From: a virus
Length of the DNA: 64,000 bases
Reading direction: 5' to 3' (one strand)
Virus record (IMG/VR): IMGVR_UViG_3300035179_000003
Span: 16,023-80,022 of that record
Part shown: piece after piece, positions 1 through 10,211 of the stretch
Numbering within the stretch: position 1 is the first letter of the stretch
Layout of the letters: every line of letters starts with the position of its first letter
The notes under the pieces: model-generated
Database searches by the model: none
Told to the model about the DNA's origin: nothing
The model's input: the letters and a program-made list of their open reading frames with translations, nothing else
Position numbers and translations under genes: made by a program

Positions 1-1544
1 GCTTTACCACCTGCCGATGCCTCGCCTTCCAATTCTTCAATTCTTAATTCAATCGATTGACTCGTTTCTTCCATTATATTTTTAAACTCAGTTTCCGGAT
101 CCATATCCAGTTCTTGTATTGCCGTCGTTCTTGATACGACGCGCTGTGATGGTGTTCCGGAAGAAGCCTGCAGGAGCATACCTTTTCTTTGTATATCATC
201 AGCCATTTTGAATGGCGACATTTTAATATCGATTTCAGGAATATTAAAATAAATCGCCAAATGATTTTTTACCCAATCTATCAATTCATGCATACTGGTT
301 CGATGATTGATAAATCTATTTTCAACAATTCTGAGAGAAACATTGCTCCCCGACCATGATGCGCCACCCCTTATAATTTCAGGTATTACGCCCATGCCGG
401 TAATAATTCCATCTTCGGTCTGTTTTATTTCAGGAGTAGTCATTAATAATCTGGCTTCTCCGCTGAAGGTCTGAAAACCAACCGGTAACGGCATGATGGA
501 TATATGGTTAGGATCTACCTTCCATTTTCTAAGCTCTTCTTCAATTTTCTGTCTCCAACTGGTTAAATTAATAGTGGCATGGGGAGAAACATCACCTGTT
601 CCCTGTGGAAATATAATTCTCAATGGAACGATATGATCGAGCGAAATCATTTCGTTTCCCTTTTTCAGAATTTTAAGATGAAACACGTCTTTTAAAACAG
701 GCAATACCGTCGGAATCCCCCATCCACGTTCAGATGGATAAAAGTATTGCGGTCCGGGTTGTTTAAAATAAAAAACATTATCATTTTTTAATTTTAATTG
801 TTTGTTCTGTTTTACAGCGTCTAAAATTTCAATACGCAAGGAGTTGACTATATCAAGATCGCCCTTTTTAACAGCCTCTACGAGAAACGGGGGTATCTGA
901 TAATAAAAAAAATGTTCATTTGTTATATTATTATATTTAATTTCAATAAACAGAAGATCCCATAAAATAATACTTAATTTATCTGTTTCTTTAGTCTGCA
1001 TGTCGCTGATTTCAAAATCGGTTAATGATCCACAGGATGAGCATTTTCCTTTATATATATAATTTTTATATTCAAGATCAGTCTCTGATTCGACAGTATT
1101 TATAGTGTTACATTTTTTACATGTTAATAATCTCTTAAATGGAAAATGTATGGAAATAAGGCTGGATCCATATGCATGATAATCCATTCCTATTTGATGC
1201 ATGACTTTGATGAATTTTAATTTTTTCTCAAAAATATCTTTCCATTTATCAACCGTTTTATCGCCTTCGATAAATGATTTTTTTTGATCGGTAAATTTGA
1301 GCGAAGTAATGGGGTATTCGGACATTCGTGCAATACATTGATATACAAGCGGATCAGAAAGAATACTGGAGGCTATAAACCGGAACATACCTTTAATTGT
1401 TTTAGGTATGAATGTATTGGTCATATCTAGGAACGGGGAATCGTATTTAATAGACGATCGGGTGAAAGAAACTTTAGTTTCCCCACCGCCCCCTGGGACA
1501 CCACTCGGACTCAATACGTTTCCAGCTAAGCCTTCTGCTGCCAT
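1..1544 (-). CDS. Probable phage portal protein, runs off the left window edge (not in ORF track)
   Basis: Open frame from ATG 1544 (MAAEGLAGNV...) to the edge; portal-like segment GWGIPTVLPVLKD...ISLDHIVPLRII; CxxC...CxxC insertion; lies in the virion operon. Confidence 0.6.
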   Translation of the reverse strand, partial: MAAEGLAGNVLSPSGVPGGGGETKVSFTRSSIKYDSPFLDMTNTFIPKTIKGMFRFIASSILSDPLVYQCIARMSEYPITSLKFTDQKKSFIEGDKTVDKWKDIFEKKLKFIKVMHQIGMDYHAYGSSLISIHFPFKRLLTCKKCNTINTVESETDLEYKNYIYKGKCSSCGSLTDFEISDMQTKETDKLSIILWDLLFIEIKYNNITNEHFFYYQIPPFLVEAVKKGDLDIVNSLRIEILDAVKQNKQLKLKNDNVFYFKQPGPQYFYPSERGWGIPTVLPVLKDVFHLKILKKGNEMISLDHIVPLRIIFPQGTGDVSPHATINLTSWRQKIEEELRKWKVDPNHISIMPLPVGFQTFSGEARLLMTTPEIKQTEDGIITGMGVIPEIIRGGASWSGSNVSLRIVENRFINHRTSMHELIDWVKNHLAIYFNIPEIDIKMSPFKMADDIQRKGMLLQASSGTPSQRVVSRTTAIQELDMDPETEFKNIMEETSQSIELRIEELEGEASAGGK

Positions 1545-1563
1545 TATAATCCCTTACCAGACG

Positions 1564-1818
1564 CTATCTTAAACCACTTGTTAATTTTTTACGTATTTCA
1601 GAAAAGTGTTTGAAGGTTTGCTCAATATCTTTAAGATTGCGCTTAGAAAATTGCACATTATTAATAACACGCTTTAAGGTGTCTCGATTCGCTGAACCAA
1701 TCATTGTATGCAAAGGACCATTCACTTTACCGCTAGACCTGAGTATTTGAACAATCTTACTATTACTCAACGCAACCTTCTCAAGTTCACCCTTTAATGC
1801 ATTCCCAATCTTAACCAT
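1564..1818 (-). CDS. Small hypothetical virion-operon protein (contains EKVA)
   Basis: 84-aa ORF directly upstream of the portal-like gene. Confidence 0.6.
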   Translation of the reverse strand: MVKIGNALKGELEKVALSNSKIVQILRSSGKVNGPLHTMIGSANRDTLKRVINNVQFSKRNLKDIEQTFKHFSEIRKKLTSGLR

Positions 1819-1839
1819 AATTTATCTCTGCTTTGATCG

Positions 1840-3180
1840 TTATGTTAAATAAATTGAACCTGTATGAAATATAGTGGTAATTTTTTTTATTCCAAAATTT
1901 CCATCACTACAACAAACAGTTTTTCCATATGTTGAACACCCTTTAACAATATGTATTTTTCTTTTTATAAATACAAAATCACCAGGCTGTATTGAATATC
2001 TTTGTTTACGGATAGATGGCTTAAAACCCTTTCTATTCAACTGCAAAACCCTATTATTTCTATGTTTCTGCTTAAATATAATTGGAGCCACTTTTCTCTG
2101 TTCGTTTCCACCAGCTATTACAAAAGCATCGTTATAATGGCTTTTTTCTAACCTCAAAATATTTCTTTTAACAAAAGTCTCATTTCCATAAATTAACTTA
2201 CAATTTGATAAAATATTTCTGAATTTATTCCTTATTATACTCATAAATGTTGCATCTTTGTAAACCTTATTCTTTTTTAACACATCATACAACTTGTTCT
2301 TATGCAATTTCTTATGACATCTCTCATGCAACAAAGCCAAATTCTTCTCCCGGTCTATTCCACCGTTACTCCTCGATATAATGTGGTGAATATGAAAACT
2401 GTTACCTTTTGAAAACTCTTTACCGCATAACTGACATCTTCCCTGCTCCCGGAACATTAAAAAACTTCTCATGTTTTGATATTCAAACAACGATCCTTGT
2501 TGATATTGTATTCCTGCTATATCTGGATTCTCTATTTTCTGAATATCAAAATTACCTACTTCAATTACAACATTCTTAATTGGTAATAGTTTTTTTAGCT
2601 TGTTAATCAAGGTTATGTGGGTGTTGAATCTTCTCTGTGTTGAAGGTGGTAAATAACCAATAGCTGTTTTTCTATTGTTAAATCTTGGCTTTCTATACCA
2701 CAATCTACTCCTTCTACCCCTTCGATACATTCTCTTTTCTATAAGTCTCTCAGATGTCCTTTGATCCAAAAGAAGCGTTCCTGCTACTATTTCTTTTTTA
2801 TCAGTTATTGCTGAAAAACCTATATTCTTAAAACCGCTGTCTATTCCCAAAGAACAATCTTGAACCTGATTCTCACACTCAAAATTCAATTTAATAACAA
2901 ATGGATTCTGCTTTACAACATGCGCTTTTCCTCCTTCTAAAAGATGCCTTGCCTTTGTACTTGTGCATGGCATTAAAGGTTTTCCATTAATTGACAATAC
3001 AAACACAATGCTTTTAAAGCCGGGTGCTTGTTCCCGTTGATCCACTTCGAGATTGTTTAAAGTCCGTACTTTATCCTGTACACTGACTCTTTCAAGTCTG
3101 TTTAATACAGGATTTACAGAGCAAGGAACTAGTGGAGTATTCCTTGGTGTGTTCTTAAACTTTACTTTAAACTGCTGCAT
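1840..3180 (-). CDS. iscB: IscB RNA-guided endonuclease (true start possibly GTG 3006)
   Basis: PLMP motif, RuvC-I GIDSG, RRGRR bridge helix, RuvC-II IEVGNFD, HNH (HIHH..N..HERCH), RuvC-III SHYNDA. Confidence 0.92.
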   Translation of the reverse strand: MQQFKVKFKNTPRNTPLVPCSVNPVLNRLERVSVQDKVRTLNNLEVDQREQAPGFKSIVFVLSINGKPLMPCTSTKARHLLEGGKAHVVKQNPFVIKLNFECENQVQDCSLGIDSGFKNIGFSAITDKKEIVAGTLLLDQRTSERLIEKRMYRRGRRSRLWYRKPRFNNRKTAIGYLPPSTQRRFNTHITLINKLKKLLPIKNVVIEVGNFDIQKIENPDIAGIQYQQGSLFEYQNMRSFLMFREQGRCQLCGKEFSKGNSFHIHHIISRSNGGIDREKNLALLHERCHKKLHKNKLYDVLKKNKVYKDATFMSIIRNKFRNILSNCKLIYGNETFVKRNILRLEKSHYNDAFVIAGGNEQRKVAPIIFKQKHRNNRVLQLNRKGFKPSIRKQRYSIQPGDFVFIKRKIHIVKGCSTYGKTVCCSDGNFGIKKITTIFHTGSIYLT

Positions 3181-3264
3181 AGATAAACAACCTAAGCCCT
3201 CTAATCAACTCTTACGTTGAATCTCACGATTCAAGCTCCGGCCCTTGTGGCCGGAGTAGTTGAC
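3010..3264 (-). ncRNA. IscB omegaRNA scaffold; guide from the flank about 3265-3280 (GAACAGAACTTTCAGC)
   Basis: Located between the element end and the PLMP domain; 5' GTCAACTAC hairpin. Confidence 0.75.
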
Positions 3265-3968
3265 GCTGAAAGTTCTGTTCTTAAAAGTCTTTTTGCTTGT
3301 ATACTTACCATATTATCCTCAATATCATTTTTGTAATTCCCGGTTATGAATTCCGCGAACCTCTTATAAATCGCCGGCCACTCATCTGACATTGAAACCA
3401 TCTTCCTCATTTCTAAGGCAATCAATGCCGCTAAAGAAGGGGGAGGGCAATAAATGCCTTCCTGATAAAATATAATACAAATATACTTCTCGACATCTAT
3501 ACTGAATTCACCGTTTCGATCCGGACGAATGTGGTTCATGGTTTTTACGCACTTAATAACATCACCTGGTGAAGGAGACCTTAATAGTTCAAAGTCCGCT
3601 ATAGAGCCTCCAAATGCGTTACAGAGTTGATTGAATTCGAACCAATCGAAAAATGCCGCGTCATTACGGCATAGGTGTCTGATTGCCAAAACCTTATCTC
3701 TGTTTACGTCTTCCAGGGCAAGTCCATAATCCGTCCAGAGTTTATGAAATATAGTTTCTATTTCCCACTCCCACCAATCCTGACCAAATTCTTTATTTAA
3801 AAAATCATAAATATCGATGGTTGATGATGCTTCATCATTAAGCAAGGTGTTTATCTTGGTAATATTAACGATAGGTTTAGGTCGCTCCAGTTGTTTCTGG
3901 ATCGTTTCAATAAGTGATTGATCACCAAGAAGATGGGCATCGTATAGTTGTTCAGACAATTTTTTCAT
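3231..3968 (-). CDS. Hypothetical virion-operon protein; C-terminus altered by the IscB insertion
   Basis: 245-aa ORF; last about 10 codons come from the element end. Confidence 0.75.
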   Translation of the reverse strand: MKKLSEQLYDAHLLGDQSLIETIQKQLERPKPIVNITKINTLLNDEASSTIDIYDFLNKEFGQDWWEWEIETIFHKLWTDYGLALEDVNRDKVLAIRHLCRNDAAFFDWFEFNQLCNAFGGSIADFELLRSPSPGDVIKCVKTMNHIRPDRNGEFSIDVEKYICIIFYQEGIYCPPPSLAALIALEMRKMVSMSDEWPAIYKRFAEFITGNYKNDIEDNMVSIQAKRLLRTELSASTTPATRAGA

Positions 3969-4002
3969 TTGTAAAAAGCCGTTTTCAACATTTCGTTCTT
4001 TA

Positions 4003-4668
4003 TTACAACAGTTTACCTTTGAATAAAACTTGATCGATCGGTTTTAATTCCTGAAAAGCCTTCACAGGATTGTCGCTATACGATTTAGAAAATTTTTCAC
4101 CGAATATAGACGCGACCTTCTCCATCTTAACCTTCTTACATGCCACCTTCCTAAGATCAAGCGAAGACACTTTAATATGTTCGGATATCCGCTCCTCGGA
4201 AGGATCGAATCCAAAAACAGTAAGAACCGGATCCGGTATTTCTTTGTCATACCCAGACTGCAGGTTCGCCAGTTTATCGAATTCAAGTAAGGCATGTAGA
4301 ACTACAAGTCCAGGAAAGTTGTCAGTGGCCAATGATGCTATCTTATCAAGCATCTTGATTGCATCGACACCGACCACGGTAGTCTTCATTGGATGGCATG
4401 CAACTTTCCGAAACTCAATCCCCTTCTTAAAAAAGTCAGAGATATTTGCCTTTAGATTCGCAACCTTAGCATAATTAGAAACGATCTGATTGTCGATGAC
4501 GACATTAAGATCGTTCGCTCTCTTTTCGAGATTGGTTGCAAAAGTAATTCGATCCTGAACATCAAATCTTTCAAGAAATTTTACAAAATAAGCCGCAGCC
4601 AATTTGACATGTTCAGCCGTCTCTATCGGATAACGTTCACGTATACAATAATGCATTTTTTGCTCCAT
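4003..4668 (-). CDS. Hypothetical head-associated protein with repeated KxA motifs
   Basis: 221 aa; AKVA, RKVA (x2), DKIA, DKLA, EKVA. Confidence 0.65.
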   Translation of the reverse strand: MEQKMHYCIRERYPIETAEHVKLAAAYFVKFLERFDVQDRITFATNLEKRANDLNVVIDNQIVSNYAKVANLKANISDFFKKGIEFRKVACHPMKTTVVGVDAIKMLDKIASLATDNFPGLVVLHALLEFDKLANLQSGYDKEIPDPVLTVFGFDPSEERISEHIKVSSLDLRKVACKKVKMEKVASIFGEKFSKSYSDNPVKAFQELKPIDQVLFKGKLL

Positions 4669-4670
4669 TT

Positions 4671-5558
4671 TTATGTACTCGAAATTAAGATACCCTTTTT
4701 AAAAACCATTTCACCGGACGTATCGTTTGGTTTTACATAAGTAATTGTTATGTCTATCCCGGACTGTTCGACAGCGCCTGTTATAACAGAAAGCTCGGAA
4801 TCAGCCCCAAGAGTTAATTTACTATCCTTTCCCGATACGGTCGCCACTCCTTTTATATCTAATGCATCATAAATGGTCGTTTGTGTCTTGAATACCGAAT
4901 CTAAAACCGATTCAATACCGTCTGTTCTCATTCTATTAACATTAAGAGCAGGCGCGAATCCACGAAGCGTTGTAGGAGTTACACTGGATATTTTTCCATC
5001 ATTATCTAAAACAACGGTACCCAATAAAACCGAATAATCATTTGGGGCCGAAGCCGTATAAACTGAAATTACGTCATCGACAATACTTTGTATCGCATCA
5101 CCGGCAGCGGCAGCTTTATCATCGTAAACTATTTCGGTCTCACCTTCAATATTAATGAGCGTTATTTTTTTACCTTCAGGATTTAATAAAGATTCCCGGA
5201 ATTCAGCCATATCATGGTTTGCATAAATGTATTTTGTCCCTGGGCCATAAACACTTTTTGTAATATCTTTATTAAAAATTATAATGTTTCCTGACGGGGT
5301 AAACGCTAATCCGCTTGAAACACTGATTGAAGATTTTGTTTTTTCAGATAATACCATTCCGCGTAAAACCCGCCCTTCGTCAGAATCGCCAACGACACCT
5401 CGAACGACACGGCGAACATTTTCCATCATTGCGGATTGAATCGACCATTTGGTAATATCTACAAAATCCCCTGTTCCATATGACGGGGAAGGGTAATCGG
5501 TTCCCAGGATTTCATGTATACGTTCTTTAATACCAATCTTTACATTAACCCTTCTCAT
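4671..5558 (-). CDS. Putative virion/tail structural protein
   Basis: 295-aa beta-rich ORF in the structural operon. Confidence 0.55.
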   Translation of the reverse strand: MRRVNVKIGIKERIHEILGTDYPSPSYGTGDFVDITKWSIQSAMMENVRRVVRGVVGDSDEGRVLRGMVLSEKTKSSISVSSGLAFTPSGNIIIFNKDITKSVYGPGTKYIYANHDMAEFRESLLNPEGKKITLINIEGETEIVYDDKAAAAGDAIQSIVDDVISVYTASAPNDYSVLLGTVVLDNDGKISSVTPTTLRGFAPALNVNRMRTDGIESVLDSVFKTQTTIYDALDIKGVATVSGKDSKLTLGADSELSVITGAVEQSGIDITITYVKPNDTSGEMVFKKGILISST

Positions 5559-5886
5559 TCAATAACTCCTGTGGAGAATCCGGTGGAGGATTTATGTTTT
5601 TTGTTTCGGATACATATTTTGCGGCCCATTCTTTTTGTTTATTTTTATCAATAAATTTTTCAGCCACCCCAACAAGGGCCTCAATAGCTCCAATGGTTTT
5701 TTGAAATTCTTTATTAAGTTTTTCAATTGCCGTATACGCATCCTTTAAAGCTGCGTCGATATTACTTGCCTGTCGATCGTACATCATTAATTTTTCAAAA
5801 ATACTTTTTGATTCGTCTGGTTGTTCGTCAACGTGCCGTGATAAATACGCGATCGCCAATCTTGTTTCTTTTTCCATAAACATCAC
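5545..5886 (-). CDS. Hypothetical coiled-coil protein
   Basis: 113-aa ORF, translationally coupled. Confidence 0.6.
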   Translation of the reverse strand: MMFMEKETRLAIAYLSRHVDEQPDESKSIFEKLMMYDRQASNIDAALKDAYTAIEKLNKEFQKTIGAIEALVGVAEKFIDKNKQKEWAAKYVSETKNINPPPDSPQELLNEKG

Positions 5887-5890
5887 CTTT

Positions 5891-6958
5891 CTAAACTAGT
5901 TGATAACGGTAATAATAATTATATAATTCAGAATTACCATCTTGTGCATAAATGTTTTCTGCGACGGTAAATCTTTCATTGTTCGAATCATCAATATCAA
6001 ATATATTTTGAAAAATTCCATCATACAATAATACTTTTTCAATAATTTGTGGAGGATTATTAATCGTAGAACTAAGATATCGTGAAGACCTCCACCGTTC
6101 AAGAATAATATTACTTCCGTCCGTTCCCAGAACAATACCAAACCATTTATCACTATCGACTAGTCTTAATTCAAGTATATCTCCTATTGATATTTTAGCG
6201 GTCATTTCATTATAAATGTCGCTTGATCCCGTTATAATAACAATATCCTGACTTGTTATGGGATCAAATTCAATATCAGCACTTTGCGTCGAACCGATAT
6301 AAAATTTTGGTAATGACGGTACCAGTGAAAAATAATCGATCGGTACAAGAATTCTTGAATCCTTTTTAAAACGAATGCCTGGAACGCCAGCCCATCGAAT
6401 ACGTTTATATTGAGAACTTACGGATGTTAATGGGGCAAAATATTCAATATCAAATCGAGTGGTTGTAATTCTCGAATCTTCACTGAAATTAAAAAATTTT
6501 GCTATGTTCAATAATTCGTTTTCAGAATCAACTATGCCCGAAATATCAACGTCGTATATTGGAAATATATTTCCAAATTGAAATATATCGATAAATTCAG
6601 GTTCGATTTGAAGAAAACATTTAAAATTGTTTAATTTTTCAATATTTAACAGTCCGGTAAACGACGTCAACGTCGTTATATAATTTTCTTCATTCGGTTT
6701 ATAACACTGAATTTTTGACTTATCCACTATATGATATGTTCGAGTTATTCGTATGCCGGATTCATAAATATCATATGTACCATCCGGCAATGGCGAACTG
6801 ATAAAATAACCATTGTCATCTGATTTTATCGAATCAACAATAACAGAACCGGTTGTAGGATTTGATGTTTTAATAACTATTTGAGCATTGCGCAAAATGT
6901 TGCCGGCACTATCCGTAATATAGCCTTGAATTGATTTAGATCGAAGATTTGATCCCAT
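5891..6958 (-). CDS. Virion protein with N-terminal carboxypeptidase-regulatory-like beta-sandwich
   Basis: IQGYITDSAGNILRNAQIVI...DDNGYF...LPDGTYDI. Confidence 0.6.
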   Translation of the reverse strand: MGSNLRSKSIQGYITDSAGNILRNAQIVIKTSNPTTGSVIVDSIKSDDNGYFISSPLPDGTYDIYESGIRITRTYHIVDKSKIQCYKPNEENYITTLTSFTGLLNIEKLNNFKCFLQIEPEFIDIFQFGNIFPIYDVDISGIVDSENELLNIAKFFNFSEDSRITTTRFDIEYFAPLTSVSSQYKRIRWAGVPGIRFKKDSRILVPIDYFSLVPSLPKFYIGSTQSADIEFDPITSQDIVIITGSSDIYNEMTAKISIGDILELRLVDSDKWFGIVLGTDGSNIILERWRSSRYLSSTINNPPQIIEKVLLYDGIFQNIFDIDDSNNERFTVAENIYAQDGNSELYNYYYRYQLV

Positions 6959-6974
6959 AATAGTAATATACCAT

Positions 6975-9900
6975 TTATTTGGAAACTAATTTAAAATAAG
7001 TTATGCCAAACTTTTTAATATCTTCTTGGATATTATTTTTATTATAAAGAAACGCTTGATCATTTAACCATGGATAATTTCCATTTGGCCAATTATCTAA
7101 TGTTCTTTTTCCTACATATTGCATAGTAGTTCCATCTGCAGGATATTCTTTTTTTCGAACTACTCTAATTCTAAACAGACAATGTTGTTCTAAATCATCA
7201 ATGTCCAGATATTTAATAATATAATTATTATTATATTTTATGGAGCTAAATATTTCAAAATTTTGATTTTTACTAATCATATATCTTGCTTCTCCGATAT
7301 TTAATTGCGATATATAAGTATTCGTCGGAGTATTGGCAAGATCAATAACTATTGTATCATTAATAAATAATTCATTATCAAGCGTGGCTTTGTCTTTTTT
7401 TACATATAATTTAATAAATGAATATTGAGAAAGATAATCATATGTTTCCGCGTAAATAATATGATATGAAGTGTTGCTATAATTATTGGTAAGAACACCA
7501 TTTGTCAAACTATTAATAACATCATCAGAAAGTTCAATATCAAACCGTGCATTATAAAAATCAGCATTCGCCACGACAAAAGAAGTTATTTCACCGACTT
7601 TTTCTTCGGTAATTGTTCCTGCCACGATAAAAAGATTGTTATGTATTATTTTATCAACAATTTTTTCGGTATCGGTGGAAATGGTATTAAGAGATTTCCA
7701 ATTATTGGTTTTCCATGTTTCGATAACGATATCCGATTTATAATTATCGTCGATCATGTATGCAAAACCTGAAAAATAAGAATAAAGCCATTTCTTTTTA
7801 TCTGGAACGCCATTGAAATCTTTATGGTTAAATTCTTGAAATAATGTTGATAAATCAATATCAGTAATATAAGAAGGGTTTTCCCGATCGATATAAGAAG
7901 AATATTTATCTCCGAATTTCCATACCTTGTTATCAATTAAAAAATTTAATCTGATATCATATTCTTTACTATCAAACTCTACGATATAAGTACCAAATTT
8001 TTCAAATTCTTCTTGCTGCGGTCTTATAAGACTTAAAAAGCGATATGGTCTTTCATGATATATTAAATGAGCAGGATATTCAAATCCATCATATTCAATT
8101 TCGGAATAATCCGATTGAATTACGTTTAAAATACCAAATGTAAATGATTTATCCCCATAATATATATATCGATCATTATTTGCGTCATATACTGTTTCTT
8201 CGTACAATCTGTGGGATCCGGCTTTTATATAATTTTGTTTACAATAAATCTGAGTTTTTTTATATCCTCCGGTAAAATCCATTATAATACGTTCGGAAAC
8301 CGAACCTGGGCAAAATGGAAATTCTACGTTATAAACCACGAGATGATTTCCGTCTTTTGCGCGTATGGTTTTAAAAGAATCATTTTTTTGAAGAATTTTA
8401 ATATACCCGTTGATTCCGGGTAATTTTAACATTGGACGGAATAACTCATATTCCTGAACATCGTTATAATTTGGATAATTTAATAACCGCGACACGCTGT
8501 TTGGTATAGGAATATGATTAGGGTCATCCGGTAAGTATGATGATTCGGGATGATAGTTACTACAATAAAGTTTAATGAATTCCGATATCGATCCATTATT
8601 TAAAACATCAAAACCATAACCCATTCCGGAAACGGTCATTTTATTATCAGTATATAAACCGGTATCCGCAAGATCGGTAATCCAAAATAATTTTCTCACA
8701 CCAGTACCGACAACACCACCGATTAAATCATCAAGACATGCATCTTGTCTTCTTAAAATATTTGAAAAATTATTATAAAATCCGGTTCCATGAATAAATA
8801 AATTGGTATCCGGGCTTCGTATGGTTACTGTGTGAATAATATCGGTATTATATTCATGTTCGTTTAATTTACTATCAAGCTCTTTAATAAAAGAATAAGG
8901 AGCCTTGATTTCGAGAAACATGGTCGGATTTTCATAAAACGTTTCGGCATTTTCAAATTTTATTGGTTTTCTATCTTCATTTACAAAACTAAATTCAATA
9001 ATTTGTCCATCCGATAATGGCTTAACCATCATATATGGTTGGGTCATAACGATTGCAGAATGCCGCCTATTACGTTCGGTATCGATATCGATTCCCTCAA
9101 GCATTATATTACTTAAATTATCAGGATCCATCGTTTGTATTGAATATAAATTTTCATTATCCCGAATCATATATTTACAAATACTAAATGAAATCCTTGA
9201 TTGATCATCATATTCTTTAAGATGAATCCCGGGGTGGCGTATTAATTTTATGGTATCATAAAGTATATCAGACCATGCTCTGGCATATATTTTTTTAGGT
9301 ATGACACGGCCGCAATCTTTAATTTCTGGATAAAATGAAATAATATTACTGGAATCATCTGGTGGATGCCTAAATGGATATGTATTACTCCAATCCGATG
9401 AATTTATAAATGTTAAAAATGGATTGTGCGGATCATAATCATTAGTACCGCAAACAATTTCATCATATTCATATTTAAAATTTTTTAATTGAGTAATTTC
9501 TTGTTTATCGATTATAATTTTATAATCTATCAACATTTTAATATCATTAGGATAGGAGAAAAAATAATTCCTAATATTATCCCCGGTTATACCACAAAAT
9601 AAATTTTTAAATGCCGGAATATTAATTTTAAAATAGTCATCGGATAGGGTATGCGATACTATATATTCATATCCCCAGATATATTTATTATATCCAACAT
9701 AAGACGCTTTATCGAGATTACATTTAAAGCCTAGCGCTTTATAAACAGGAAGCCTTCCAAGCCAATGATTAACGGTCAATACGTGGTCAATATCATTACC
9801 TGGTTCGTATGATTCCGTTATTAAATCGGATTTATCTAAAAATTGAATTAAATCATATTCTGAATAATTTTGTGATATACTACGATATTGTTTCGTCGTT

Positions 9901-10211
9901 AATTCAAAAGTATGGGGTGAATATTGTTCCCTAACCGCATCTGCAAAAAATGGAAATTGATTTGATAGCTCGGTAACGTCTTTGTATTCCTGATACATTA
10001 TACTTTTATCACTAAAAAAAGAAACATAACAGGTATGTTTATTAATAAATGTATTATTGTTATGTTTGAATAAAAAATCAGCTAACCATGAATATTTCTC
10101 AGAAGAAAATCCATATGATAACCCAGCAGCTATCGGCTTGCTTAGATTATTAAAATTACTGATAATCGAATGATAATATGATGAACGTTTTGGATTTATA
10201 AGTTTTAACAC
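6975..10211 (-). CDS. Large hypothetical virion protein (1078 aa)
   Basis: Long ORF coupled to its neighbours in the tail operon. Confidence 0.65.
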   Translation of the reverse strand: MLKLINPKRSSYYHSIISNFNNLSKPIAAGLSYGFSSEKYSWLADFLFKHNNNTFINKHTCYVSFFSDKSIMYQEYKDVTELSNQFPFFADAVREQYSPHTFELTTKQYRSISQNYSEYDLIQFLDKSDLITESYEPGNDIDHVLTVNHWLGRLPVYKALGFKCNLDKASYVGYNKYIWGYEYIVSHTLSDDYFKINIPAFKNLFCGITGDNIRNYFFSYPNDIKMLIDYKIIIDKQEITQLKNFKYEYDEIVCGTNDYDPHNPFLTFINSSDWSNTYPFRHPPDDSSNIISFYPEIKDCGRVIPKKIYARAWSDILYDTIKLIRHPGIHLKEYDDQSRISFSICKYMIRDNENLYSIQTMDPDNLSNIMLEGIDIDTERNRRHSAIVMTQPYMMVKPLSDGQIIEFSFVNEDRKPIKFENAETFYENPTMFLEIKAPYSFIKELDSKLNEHEYNTDIIHTVTIRSPDTNLFIHGTGFYNNFSNILRRQDACLDDLIGGVVGTGVRKLFWITDLADTGLYTDNKMTVSGMGYGFDVLNNGSISEFIKLYCSNYHPESSYLPDDPNHIPIPNSVSRLLNYPNYNDVQEYELFRPMLKLPGINGYIKILQKNDSFKTIRAKDGNHLVVYNVEFPFCPGSVSERIIMDFTGGYKKTQIYCKQNYIKAGSHRLYEETVYDANNDRYIYYGDKSFTFGILNVIQSDYSEIEYDGFEYPAHLIYHERPYRFLSLIRPQQEEFEKFGTYIVEFDSKEYDIRLNFLIDNKVWKFGDKYSSYIDRENPSYITDIDLSTLFQEFNHKDFNGVPDKKKWLYSYFSGFAYMIDDNYKSDIVIETWKTNNWKSLNTISTDTEKIVDKIIHNNLFIVAGTITEEKVGEITSFVVANADFYNARFDIELSDDVINSLTNGVLTNNYSNTSYHIIYAETYDYLSQYSFIKLYVKKDKATLDNELFINDTIVIDLANTPTNTYISQLNIGEARYMISKNQNFEIFSSIKYNNNYIIKYLDIDDLEQHCLFRIRVVRKKEYPADGTTMQYVGKRTLDNWPNGNYPWLNDQAFLYNKNNIQEDIKKFGITYFKLVSK

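Larger units (their letters stand above)
1839..3264 (-). mobile_element. IS200/IS605-superfamily IscB element, no TnpA, far-end hairpin apparently deleted
   Basis: Begins GTCAACTACTCCGGCCACAAGGGCCGGAGCTTG (typical omegaRNA 5' hairpin) followed by iscB; the related mini-copy at 41793-42077 keeps the end hairpin that is missing here. Confidence 0.85.

Noticed and set aside
1839-3264. Self-splicing IStron
   Set aside because: No group I intron core recognisable and little room for one beyond the omegaRNA
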